Origin: an uncultured Verrucomicrobiales bacterium
GTDB taxonomy: Bacteria > Verrucomicrobiota > Verrucomicrobiia > Verrucomicrobiales > DEV007
Length of the DNA: 23,751 nucleotides
Direction: 5' to 3'
NCBI GenBank assembly: GCA_938091905.1
Contig: CALKOM010000045.1
Coordinates: 1 to 23,751 of the forward strand
Position 1 is the stretch's first letter, and each line of letters starts with the position of its first letter. Below the pieces are notes generated by a model. It saw nothing but the letters and a program-made list of their open reading frames with translations, was not told the DNA's origin and searched no databases. Made by a program: the position numbers and the translations under genes. Shown here piece by piece: positions 1-9,346 of this stretch.

Positions 1-185
1 AAGCGCGAAATGGGGAGGAATAGGCACTGAAACCGGGTCATGAAGGCAGAAACAAGACAGAAATCGAAGAAGACCTAACCAAATCAACACAAATCCGGGA
101 GAGACCGAAGATCGACCCGAAATAGCCGAATTCTAACACGGCCATAATTACGGGCCGCTTTTCATAAAGTCCGACAGACTCCTAG
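1..185 (+). mobile_element. Right end of an IS1182-family insertion sequence; the rest lies upstream of the window
   Basis: GTCCGACAGACTC (169-181) is the exact reverse complement of GAGTCTGTCGGAC (8355-8367), which precedes the IS1182-type transposase. It is followed by CTAG (182-185), versus CTAA before the other end. Reading inward on the minus strand gives no transposase start, so this is the right end and not an inverted left end. Confidence 0.75.
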
Positions 186-289
186 TGGGGAGTAGACTAT
201 CCGGCCTGGAACAAAATTCAACGGATTTATATATATCATAAATTATTTAATAACCATAAGGCCAGACCCGGAGGAACGACAACACTGCT

Positions 290-1492
290 CTACCTCTGTC
301 CGGGAGAGAAGTCGTACTGACGACGTTTCCGCGTTATCTTGCCAGTCATCCTCTGCCTCCAACTGTTGAGTGCGATTACCAATGACAGCAACATAGCAAA
401 CGGGTGTAACGCTAGACTCGACCAGGAAGTGTGAAATCGTACCGTGAGAACAAGGCGGATCAAGAGGATCAGTTGGGCCTGCAAGGTCACGAGCCATGGC
501 TGCCCCCGGACAATGAACCAGACGAACGGCAGGAACATAGTCACCGCTAGAATCACGCCTACACCAAGGAACTCAAGTGGCCTACCTTCAAATGCAGGCC
601 GAAAATTCTTGCTGGAGCCTTCCCAGACCTCGAGAAATTCTCGATACATTCGACACTCCACCACACGGTGGCCATCAACGTTGATGATACGCCATCCCTT
701 TGGAATCCTCTTCGTCACCTCTCGTCCAAGGGCGACATCCTCAACCAGGTTGTTCTTGACCACCTGATGGCTACCAAGCGCCTTGTAAGCATCCCGTGTA
801 AACAGCATGTATTGGCCATTGGCAGCTCCCATCCTCCGCCACATCGCCCTCGGCACCCACCGAAAAGATTTGTGTGATCGCTGGGCAATTCGAAGAAACC
901 AATAATAAACGAATGCCAGGACTAACAGATAGCTAATTAGAATGATCAGCTTTTCTGCCCACGTCACAGTAACCTGATGCGGCCAGACAGATAGCAACTG
1001 CGTCTGCTTTTCCACGGCCATGACCACAGCGCTCTCCACGCTCGTCTCATGATGTACCGTATCAGCGTCAGTGAAGAGTAGAAAGTCTCCCGTTGCTTGA
1101 CGAGAGAGTTGATAGCAAGCCCAAGGCTTGCCTGCCCAACCACGAAGCATCGTCTGACCTCGCATGAGCTGACATTTCCCCCAACTGTTTTCGTAAAAGC
1201 CTAATCCTTTCGCCACATCCGCTGTATCATCCTCCGAGCAGTCCTCTAGCAGGATCACTTCGATATTTCCGTAGGTCTGCGACGATAGCGACTCTAAGCA
1301 ACGCCCTATTTGATGTGCTTCGTTCCGCGCAGGAACAAGCACCTAAACCCGCGGCTGATCGATATCGTGCGGCCACTTCATCCGCCGCCGTTTCACCGTC
1401 AGAAAGCAGATGGCGTTTAGTAGCACATTGAGGAGAAAAAGCCCCAAAAGAACAATCACCACGACATCATATGTTCCAAAGAATCCTTCCAT
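290..1492 (-). pseudogene. Family 2 glycosyltransferase (CrtQ/CruC carotenoid glycosyltransferase-like), interrupted by an in-frame TAG at codon 50
   Basis: ATG at 1492 gives MEGFFGTYDVVVIVLLGLFLLNVLLN (N-terminal TM helix)...QPRV, then TAG (1345-1343), then VLVPARNE in the same frame. The family motif is PxVSVLVPARNE. Downstream are GWAGKPWACYQL, the DxD motif TDAD, ANGQ, VEDV and C-terminal TM helices. Confidence 0.8.
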
Positions 1493-1590
1493 CAATTCGT
1501 TTGAATGAATGTGAATTGGAGCCCAAGATAAACCCGCATCTTGTTCGTAGTGAGACCAACAGTAGCTTGTAACCTCCGAAAGCAGATTCC

Positions 1591-2832
1591 TTAAAATTGA
1601 GTCTTGCGGTGAGCCATGGTCATTCCCGCATGGTAACCGCTAGTCCAGGCATTCTGGAAATTAAAGCCACCGGTGATACCATCGACGTTCATGATTTCGC
1701 CAGCAAAGAAGAGGCCCGGACATCGACGACTCTCCATCGTCTTGAGGTCAATCTCCCTCACATCCACGCCTCCACAGGTGACGAACTCGTCCTTGTTCAT
1801 GCTCTTACCTCGCACCTCAAAGGTTGCTTGGTGGAGTTGTTCAACAAGAGCCTTTAGCTGATCTCGGGTAAGCTGCGACCAAAGTTGTCCCTCGCTTACT
1901 CCAACCCTCTCTAACAAACGCACCCACAAGCGTTTCGGAACCTCTGTAAACGGAGTTCGAACGGGCAACTGCCGTTTCCCCCAAGTTTCACGACAACGCC
2001 TTAGCACCGCCTCTGCCCCCTTCTCCGGCAACCAATCCACTTGCATGGTGAATTGATAGTCTTTCTCCGCCAGTTCGCGTGCGCCCCACGCGGATAGCCT
2101 GAGAATGCCTGGCCCACTCATTCCCCAGTGCGTTACTAACAGTGGCCCAGAAGCCTTGAGCCGAGTTCCCTCGATTGCACAATCGACACGGTCCACGGAT
2201 ACGCCAGCCAGATCTTTCAACCTTGGATCTGGCACCTTAAAGGTAAAAAGCGATGGCACAGGTGGGACAAGGGCATGGCCTAGAGATTCCGCTAGTTTCG
2301 CACCGCTAACCGCTCTAGTGCCGCCGGTGGCAAGAAGCACATTCCGCGCACGCAAGACCTCTCCATCAGATAACACAAACGTAAATACGCCGGAATCTAA
2401 CCGAATCGCCGTCACTTCACACCGCCGACGCACCTCTACCTGGGCATCGTCAGCCGCATCTTGAAGACAATCCATGATCGTCTGCGAATCATTAGTCACC
2501 GGAAACATCCGCCCATCCGCCTCGGTTTTCAGGGCTACTCCATGAGCTTCAAACCACGCAATCGTCTCGGTCGCCCCCCAACGATGGAGCGGCCCAATCA
2601 ATGCCTTCTCCCCTCGTGGATAGTGCGCGCTAAAAGCCTTGGGCTCCTGGCAATCGTGCGTAACATTGCACCGCCCACCGCCCGAGATCTTCACCTTGCC
2701 AAGGACCTGGCTCGTCCGTTCCAAGATCAAGGTACTTCCCCCACCCATCTCGGCATGAGTGATAGCGCCGAAGAATCCAGCTGCACCGCCTCCAATGGTG
2801 ATCAAATTCCACATCATTTCACTTGCTGCCAC
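1591..2832 (-). CDS. HI0933/YhiN/BaiN-family NAD(P)/FAD-dependent flavoprotein; start could be GTG 2832 or ATG 2817/2814
   Basis: IGGGAAG dinucleotide-binding motif, KVKISGGGRCNVT, LATGG, THWGMSGP, VTCGGV, FAGE..NVDGITGGFNFQNAWTSG; full length. Confidence 0.92.
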   Translation of the reverse strand: MAASEMMWNLITIGGGAAGFFGAITHAEMGGGSTLILERTSQVLGKVKISGGGRCNVTHDCQEPKAFSAHYPRGEKALIGPLHRWGATETIAWFEAHGVALKTEADGRMFPVTNDSQTIMDCLQDAADDAQVEVRRRCEVTAIRLDSGVFTFVLSDGEVLRARNVLLATGGTRAVSGAKLAESLGHALVPPVPSLFTFKVPDPRLKDLAGVSVDRVDCAIEGTRLKASGPLLVTHWGMSGPGILRLSAWGARELAEKDYQFTMQVDWLPEKGAEAVLRRCRETWGKRQLPVRTPFTEVPKRLWVRLLERVGVSEGQLWSQLTRDQLKALVEQLHQATFEVRGKSMNKDEFVTCGGVDVREIDLKTMESRRCPGLFFAGEIMNVDGITGGFNFQNAWTSGYHAGMTMAHRKTQF

Positions 2833-2857
2833 ATGCCCATGCTATTGCCTTGGCCCC

Positions 2858-5800
2858 ATGTATCTGCTTGTCAATCTTACTTGCTTCGTCATTGCCCTAG
2901 GCTGCCCGCTGATCACGCTGAATGCCGCCACGGTCCCGGGAGAGCTAGAATCAACTTCCTTCGCAGGAACCGATATTGTCCCTTCTCCAGCCTGCCTGTG
3001 TGCTGCTCCTACTGGTGAAGTCTTTGTCGGCGTAGACCTGAATGGCTCACTCGGCAAACATCCAGGCAAGGGACGGGTGGTCCGCTTGATAGATTCCGAT
3101 CACGACGGCATTGCCGATAGACACACGATCTATGCAGAAGTCGATAACCCACGAGGCCTGATCTCCGTTGGCAAAGATCTCTTTGTCCTGCACACAGTCA
3201 TCCCCAAAGACACCGGCATCTTGTCGGGAATGCATCTTTCTGTCTTTCAAGACAATGATTGGAACGGCAAAGCGGATGGACCTGGCAAACGGCTCGTTTC
3301 CAATGTCTCCACCGTGAAACACAACAGAGCCAGAGGCGCGGATCACACCACGAACGGCATCGTGCTCGGAATCGACGGCTGGATCTACATTGCCGTGGGC
3401 GACTTCGGATTTGTCGACGCCGTTGGCTCGGACGGCACGACACTGACCATGTTAGGCGGCGGCATCGTTCGCGTAAGACCGGATGGCACTGAAATAGAAA
3501 CCTACACTCATGGCACCCGCAATATCTACGATGTCGCCATCGACCCCTTCATGAATATCTTTACTCGCGGAAATACCAATGACGGTGGCGGGTGGAACGT
3601 TCGGTTCATTCATCACGTCCAATCCGGGGAGTATGGTTACCCCGTTCTCTTTAAGAATTTCACCGGAGAAATGTTACCAGCGCTAGAAGATCTCGGTGGG
3701 GGCTCAGGCACGGGAGCACTCTTCCTCGCGGAACCAAACTGGCCAAGCTCCTACACTAATGTCCCGCTCATGGCGGATTGGGGCCGCAGCCAACTCGTCC
3801 TCCATCGCCTATCGAAAGACGACGCCAGCTTCACGCAGAAACCCGAGGAATTCATTCGCTCATCTCAGATTGCCGATCTCGACGTCGACGGTTCCGGTCG
3901 CCTCTATCTCGCCGCTTGGGATGGCGCAGGCTACAAGGGCAGCGATGAGAAAGGCTATGTCGACCGCGTCGTCCCCAAATACTGGCGCTACCAGGCCTTT
4001 CCTGATCTAGAGAGGCAGAGCACTCCTCAACTCATCACTCTGTTAGAATCACCCAGTGCCGTGAAGCGCCTCCACACACAGCAGACCTTACTCCGCCGGA
4101 GGGCAGAACCCGCTCCACTCCTCGATCTGTCCAGGAACGCCTCAGCATCGCTCGAATCACGTGTCGCAGCTCTCTACACCGCTCGACAACTCGGGGCCAG
4201 CTCCAAAGACATCCTTGCTCTAGCAGAGAATCCAGCCCTGCATGAGTTCGCTTTACGTGCGGCCGCAGATCGCCTCAGCCAAGCCGCCGATGTGCCCATA
4301 GCACCATTCGTGGAGGCCCTTAAAGCTTCCGATCCCCGAGTCCGAGTCGCAGCAGCGATCGGGCTTGGCCGGCTCAAAGACGTCAACGCAGCAGACGCTC
4401 TCCTCGCCGTCGCCAACCCTCCAGCAGGAACCTACGCACCTCAACCAGCCACTGCCAAAGTAGCTCCGCCTGCCTTCATGTCGAAGAAGCTGAAACCGCT
4501 TCAGACCCAACGCATAACGGTCGACACCGAGGGCTGGAGAGAACTTCACCTTGTCGTGACAGACGGTGGCGACGGCCGAGGCCATGATCACGTCGGCTGG
4601 TTCGAACCGACACTCATCATGGCAGATGGCACCAAGAAACATCTAACAGACCTAAAATGGACATCAGCAGATCAAGGTTGGGGCAAGACACTCATCGACC
4701 GAGATTGCACGGGACAATCCTTGGCGCCGATCAAAGGCAAAGCCTGCGAGTTTGGCATCGGCACTCACGCCCCCTCACACATTACCTACCACCTACCAGA
4801 AGGCGTCGTGCAGTTGAAGGCCTACATCGGAGCAACCCAAGGCGCCAACGCTGGGCGCGGGCTCGTCGAGTATGTGGTTGATTCCAAGAACCCGACCTTT
4901 ACCAAGAAAATTGAAGGACCGCACGCCTCACCCAACGCGGCCATCGTTTTACCTCACGTCGCCATTCAGTCGTTGGTAAAACTCCAAGCCAGGGACGCCA
5001 GCCTCAACGCCCTGGACACCGAAAATCGTCCTGCCGCCCTCTGGGCTCTCAAACATTTCCATGACGCCGCTACCGTAGACTATCTGCGAGGAAAGGTATC
5101 CTCAGAAATGGACGAGCAGAACCGCGCAGAACTTCATGCACTGCTTGCCCGTCTCTACCAACGTGAGGCGCCCTACGACGGCTCCTGGTGGTGGGGCACA
5201 CGTCCCGAAACCCGAGGCCCCTACTACAAACTTGCCAAGTGGGAACGGAGTGACGCCATCGCACGGTCGCTTCAAGAGGAGTACGCCAACGGCAGCTCCT
5301 CAGCCAAGCAACAGCTCGAATTCTGGAACGAGAAACTTCGGTTAGGTTTTGAAAATATGATCAATCAGAGCTCAAAAGCCAAGGACGCCGATAAGGAATC
5401 CAAAGTCGATCTCTCGAAGATCGCGAACAAAGCAGGCGAAGTGGGTAATACCTCCATCGAAGATATCATCCTCTCTCTCGACACCCTGCAAGGCGATCTG
5501 GTGCGAGGCGAACTGCTCTTTACTCAACAAGGCTGCACCGCATGCCACACCTTGACCAGTGATCAGCCTCAAAAAGGACCGTTCATGGGTCAAGTAGGCG
5601 CTATTCTAACACGTGAGCAAATAGCGGAATCCATCCTCAAGCCAAACGCCTCCATCTCTCAAGGTTTCGCTACGGTCGAGATCGATATCAGCGGCGGGAA
5701 GACGCTGGTCGGCTTTGTCTCCGAAGAAACGGCCGACAGCTTGGAACTCCGTGACATCACCGGGAACGTGACCAAACTAAAAAGTGACGCTATCAAAAGT

Positions 5801-5908
5801 CGCAAAGAACTCGCCCTGTCCATGATGCCTCCAGCGCTAGCCAACGCCCTCAGCCTCCAGGATTTCGCATCACTAGTCGACTTCCTAGCAAGCCGCAAAG
5901 AAGGCTAG
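2858..5908 (+). CDS. PVC-type heme-binding CxxCH protein: signal peptide, glucose/sorbosone dehydrogenase-like beta-propeller, HEAT repeats, inserted NPCBM-like module, C-terminal c-type heme domain
   Basis: The likely start is ATG 2858 (MYLLVNLTCFVIALGCPLITLNA, signal-like); the longer 2759 start would overlap the flavoprotein gene. Motifs: DSDHDGIAD, GIDGWIYIAVGD, GTRNIYD, HEAT-like DPRVRVAAAIGLGRL, CTACH (5534-5548), ESILKPNA and SMMP near the C-terminus. Confidence 0.88.
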   Translation: MYLLVNLTCFVIALGCPLITLNAATVPGELESTSFAGTDIVPSPACLCAAPTGEVFVGVDLNGSLGKHPGKGRVVRLIDSDHDGIADRHTIYAEVDNPRGLISVGKDLFVLHTVIPKDTGILSGMHLSVFQDNDWNGKADGPGKRLVSNVSTVKHNRARGADHTTNGIVLGIDGWIYIAVGDFGFVDAVGSDGTTLTMLGGGIVRVRPDGTEIETYTHGTRNIYDVAIDPFMNIFTRGNTNDGGGWNVRFIHHVQSGEYGYPVLFKNFTGEMLPALEDLGGGSGTGALFLAEPNWPSSYTNVPLMADWGRSQLVLHRLSKDDASFTQKPEEFIRSSQIADLDVDGSGRLYLAAWDGAGYKGSDEKGYVDRVVPKYWRYQAFPDLERQSTPQLITLLESPSAVKRLHTQQTLLRRRAEPAPLLDLSRNASASLESRVAALYTARQLGASSKDILALAENPALHEFALRAAADRLSQAADVPIAPFVEALKASDPRVRVAAAIGLGRLKDVNAADALLAVANPPAGTYAPQPATAKVAPPAFMSKKLKPLQTQRITVDTEGWRELHLVVTDGGDGRGHDHVGWFEPTLIMADGTKKHLTDLKWTSADQGWGKTLIDRDCTGQSLAPIKGKACEFGIGTHAPSHITYHLPEGVVQLKAYIGATQGANAGRGLVEYVVDSKNPTFTKKIEGPHASPNAAIVLPHVAIQSLVKLQARDASLNALDTENRPAALWALKHFHDAATVDYLRGKVSSEMDEQNRAELHALLARLYQREAPYDGSWWWGTRPETRGPYYKLAKWERSDAIARSLQEEYANGSSSAKQQLEFWNEKLRLGFENMINQSSKAKDADKESKVDLSKIANKAGEVGNTSIEDIILSLDTLQGDLVRGELLFTQQGCTACHTLTSDQPQKGPFMGQVGAILTREQIAESILKPNASISQGFATVEIDISGGKTLVGFVSEETADSLELRDITGNVTKLKSDAIKSRKELALSMMPPALANALSLQDFASLVDFLASRKEG

Positions 5909-5942
5909 CGCCAAAACTTTCGAACTCTACATAGTGTAACTG

Positions 5943-7043
5943 CTAAGTTTCTCGGTCCCATTCGCCCCGATCAAGTACAGCCCCTTCTTTAAACTTTGAA
6001 GGATCTAAGACCACCCGTTTGATCCGTTGGCGCTTCCAGGTGTAAGTCAAATGCACGCGTCCGTCATGCGCTTGAATCATCGCAGGGTAGCTAAACTCCG
6101 CTTTCTCCTCCTGCTCAACAACACCGATCTGACGCCACTCTATCCCATCATTGGAAATTGCTAGGTTCAGAAGCCCACGACGCCCCCATCCTGTTTTGCC
6201 GGATCCGAGATGATTGTAAATCAACAGGTGCCTACCATCTGCCAAAGTGACCACATCCACTCCCGAGTTGGGATTGGGTAACGAGGTCTTACCCATGGGA
6301 GACCAGGTGTCCCCACCATCCTCCGAGAAGCTCGTCGAAATCACCCCCTCTTTAGTCCGGCAGAGCACCTGCAACTTGCCATTGCGATGTTCTAAAAACG
6401 TCGGTTGAATGGCGTTAAACGTCGACGCCTCGTGAATCGGGCCGATTCGTTTCCACACCCCAGTAGGTTCCCCGTTGGTTAGGCTGATCTTCTCGAAATG
6501 AACCCGCCAACCATCATGTTCGGTCGACGATCCGCACAAGAGCGTACTCCCATCATCCACCAGAATCGGTTTGCAGCGCACCGGTCCATCAATCCCCTCT
6601 GGCAACCGTCGACGCCCGGAAAAGGTCACGCCATGATCTCGACTGATCATGAGTTCCCCCCACCAAGCGTCGGGACTTGGCCCAACCTTGAAGAAGAGCA
6701 ACGTCGACCCCTCGTCAGGCGTTTGATAGAGCACTGGATTCCAACAGGGGTGCCGGTGCCCCTCGTATTGAACCCCGTTCGCCCACTCCGTCGGAGCAGA
6801 CCAGTCCGTAGAACCCGTCTTGAGTTCACTCGTCCAAATCCCCACGTCCTTGGCCTTCTCCTTCGTTCCCCCGAACCAAGCAACCAGAATACCCCGAGGG
6901 GTTTCACACAGCGTGGAGGCGTGGCATTGCGGAAACGAGGCCTTCGTGAAGACAAAGTCTTCACTGACAAAGCCAGCGAATCTCTCAGCAGACCAGGCAT
7001 GAGAGAGAAGAACGAGGGGCACTAGGAAGGAAAAGGCTTTCAT
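5943..7043 (-). CDS. Secreted BNR/Asp-box repeat protein (sialidase-like beta-propeller)
   Basis: Likely start ATG 7043 (MKAFSFLVPLVLLSHAWSA signal peptide). Motifs: CHASTL, WFGGTKE, CWNPVL, Asp-boxes SRDHGVTFS, SEDGGDTWS and SNDGIEW, LPNPNSG, EFSYPAMIQ..DGRVHLTYTW. Confidence 0.85.
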   Translation of the reverse strand: MKAFSFLVPLVLLSHAWSAERFAGFVSEDFVFTKASFPQCHASTLCETPRGILVAWFGGTKEKAKDVGIWTSELKTGSTDWSAPTEWANGVQYEGHRHPCWNPVLYQTPDEGSTLLFFKVGPSPDAWWGELMISRDHGVTFSGRRRLPEGIDGPVRCKPILVDDGSTLLCGSSTEHDGWRVHFEKISLTNGEPTGVWKRIGPIHEASTFNAIQPTFLEHRNGKLQVLCRTKEGVISTSFSEDGGDTWSPMGKTSLPNPNSGVDVVTLADGRHLLIYNHLGSGKTGWGRRGLLNLAISNDGIEWRQIGVVEQEEKAEFSYPAMIQAHDGRVHLTYTWKRQRIKRVVLDPSKFKEGAVLDRGEWDRET

Positions 7044-7128
7044 TCCACAAGTCTTCACCCAGACGTCCACTCGTCGCGAGACTAAAAGCACTTGAAACTC
7101 GGAGCGTTCTCTGTAGCAGAAGCCGGGT

Positions 7129-7860
7129 ATGAACAAGAGCTTGCTCACCAATCTCATCGCCCTCGCCCTCGTCGGAATCGGCTACGCCATCCCTGCAACC
7201 CACACCTTAGCCACCCCATTGCGCGCGATCGGCCTGTTCGCAGCGTCTGGCGCGTTTACGAATTGGATTGCCGTTCACATGCTCTTTGAGAAAGTGCCAG
7301 GCCTCTACGGTTCAGGGGTCGTTCCCAGTAGGTTCGAGGAATTCAAGGAGGGCATTCGCAGTCTCATCATGAACCAGTTCTTCACTGAAGAGAACGTAGA
7401 GAACTTCTTCGCCACCCAAGCAGAGCCTGGCCAGTCTGCCATTCACCTCGATCCTGATCCCATCCTCTCTCTCGTCGACTACGACCAAATGTTCGGCAAA
7501 TTGACCGATGCCGTCATGGCATCGCCCATGGGAGGCATGCTCGCCATGATCGGCGGAGCGAAGGCACTCGCCCCTCTCCAGGAACCTTTTCAAAAAAACG
7601 TCGAACAAGAGATCCGCGTGCTCGTCGAGTCCCCCAAGCTGATGGAAGCCGTCCAAGCCAGCGTCTCCAGCGGCGGCCATAGCGAAGAAATCATTGAGAA
7701 AGTCGAAAACATCGTTACCCGTCGCCTCGACGAACTCACCCCGCAGATGGTCAAAACCATCGTCCAAGACATGATCCGTGAACACCTCGGCTGGCTCGTC
7801 GTCTGGGGCGGCGTCTTCGGCGGCCTCATCGGCCTCTTAACTACCCTCTTACCAGGCTAA
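7129..7860 (+). CDS. DUF445-family membrane-anchored protein
   Basis: N-terminal TM segments with SGAFTNWIAVHMLFEKVPGLYGSGVVP and a C-terminal TM EHLGWLVVWGGVFGGLIG, typical of DUF445/YheB-like proteins. Confidence 0.8.
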   Translation: MNKSLLTNLIALALVGIGYAIPATHTLATPLRAIGLFAASGAFTNWIAVHMLFEKVPGLYGSGVVPSRFEEFKEGIRSLIMNQFFTEENVENFFATQAEPGQSAIHLDPDPILSLVDYDQMFGKLTDAVMASPMGGMLAMIGGAKALAPLQEPFQKNVEQEIRVLVESPKLMEAVQASVSSGGHSEEIIEKVENIVTRRLDELTPQMVKTIVQDMIREHLGWLVVWGGVFGGLIGLLTTLLPG

Positions 7861-8354
7861 ACCCTTCACCTCCTAGCAGTCCGACGCGTCAGCGAGGCCT
7901 ATTCAAGTGATTGACAAAAAGCCTTCAGAGATCTTGAAATAATATCGGCTTGTCCGTCGCTTGAACCACGAACCCCTGCAAGATTCCACCCACCATGGCG
8001 GAAGGAAGAGTGCAATTCTATGCACATTGGGAGTGATGGTAAACTGATATATTTCATCCACGCTGATAATTCTGGCGAACGCACCATTCCTAGGAAGCTT
8101 TATTCAGAGCCAGAGAGCCGAAACAGTTTCTTGGCGGGGGCAGATCCTAGTGCGGAAGGTTGGACTGTCCGCCTCAGTCCGACCATCTGTGGCGTTAACA
8201 TCGACCAAACGGAGATACAACTTGACCCATCCCGGCCGTTCGAGACTAACACCCCTCATTGGGATAGCCAAAGGCACCAAGTAGCACCTAGCGAAATGGC
8301 GGATCGAGTAAGCAAGACTACCAATGAAAATAGGACCACAGAGGAAAAGCCTAA

Positions 8355-9335
8355 GAGTCTGTCGGACCTTACAAATCCAAGGACAATGTTAGTAATGGGG
8401 CGTGAGCGCCCGCTTCGTTGATGTCGACCGTGAAACACCAATGCTCCTGCCACCCGATCTTCGTGACTGGGTGCCAGAAAACGATCTCGTTCACTTCATC
8501 CTCGAAGCCGTCCAGCGGCTCCCGATCGAAGACTTCCAAGTCAATCATCGCGGTTCTCGCAACCGACAGTTCCCCCCACACATGATGCTCGCGTTGCTAA
8601 TCTACTGCTACGCCAAACGCCTCTTCTCTTCCCGTAAGATCGAACAGGCCACCCATCGCGACGTCGCCGTACGCTTTCTCACCGGCAATACCCACCCAGA
8701 TCACGACACCGTCTGCAAATTTCGCCGCGAGAACTTCGACGCCTTCAACAACGCCCTTGCCAGTGTGCTCGAACTCGCCCAAGAACTCAAACTCCTCAAG
8801 CTCGGGGACGTCGCCATCGACGGCACCCACATCAAAGCCAACGCCTCCATCGACCAAAACGTCACCTACGACCGCGCCCTAGAGATTCGCGACCAACTCC
8901 AACTAGACGTCGCCGAACTGCTAGAACAAGCCGAAACCGCAGACAAGAACGACGAAGACCATCAGAAACTTCCTAAAGAAATCGCGCGCCGTGAAGAGCT
9001 CATTTCCAAGATGGATCAAGCCGTCGAGGAGTTAAAGCAACGCGCCACCGTGCGCGACGCCAAAGCTCAAGCCTACTACGAAGAGAAACTCAAAGAACGT
9101 CAGCGCAAAGAAGAAGAAACCGGCAAGAAATCAGGGGGAAGAACGCCCAAGCAACCCAAGACAGGCCCGGAGAACAGCGACGTGCAAGCCAACCTAGCCG
9201 ATCCAGACGCCCGTATCATGCGCAAGAACAAGTGCGCAGGATTCACCGAAAGCTACAACGCGCAAGCCGCCGTCGATGCTGATGGCAGTCAACTCATCGC
9301 TGGCGAACATGTCAGTCAAAGCGCGAGCGACAGCA
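8355..9335 (+). mobile_element. IS1182-family insertion sequence, 3'-truncated (left inverted repeat present, right end missing)
   Basis: Left IR GAGTCTGTCGGAC (8355-8367) is preceded by CTAA and lies 34 bp before the transposase start. I found no matching right IR downstream, and the sequence switches to antisense TPR coding at about 9335. Confidence 0.82.
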
Positions 9336-9346
9336 CGGTCGGCTAG
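8402..9346 (+). pseudogene. IS1182-family transposase, C-terminally truncated (314 aa)
   Basis: LLPPDLRDWVPENDLVHFI, SSRKIE, PDHDTVCKFR (DUF772-like region), IDGTHIKANAS (first catalytic D), DPDARIM, YNAQAAVD. The ORF stops before the second D and the E of the DDE triad. Confidence 0.85.

Noticed and set aside
2759..2857. Extended N-terminus of the heme protein given in the ORF track
   Set aside because: It overlaps the start of the divergent flavoprotein gene; ATG 2858 gives a proper signal peptide.
7044..7157. Extended N-terminus of the sialidase-like ORF
   Set aside because: It overlaps the DUF445 start; ATG 7043 gives a clean signal peptide.
7873..7890. CTAGCAGTCCGAC as a third IS end
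   Set aside because: Only 7 bp (GTCCGAC) match the IR, and the CTAG is on the wrong side.
7911..7943. Perfect TTGACA -35 box
   Set aside because: No acceptable -10 hexamer at 16-18 bp spacing and no credible downstream gene.
8020..8421. 133-aa ORF upstream of the transposase
   Set aside because: It runs through the IS left inverted repeat into the element and shows no family motifs, so it is probably not a real gene in this form.
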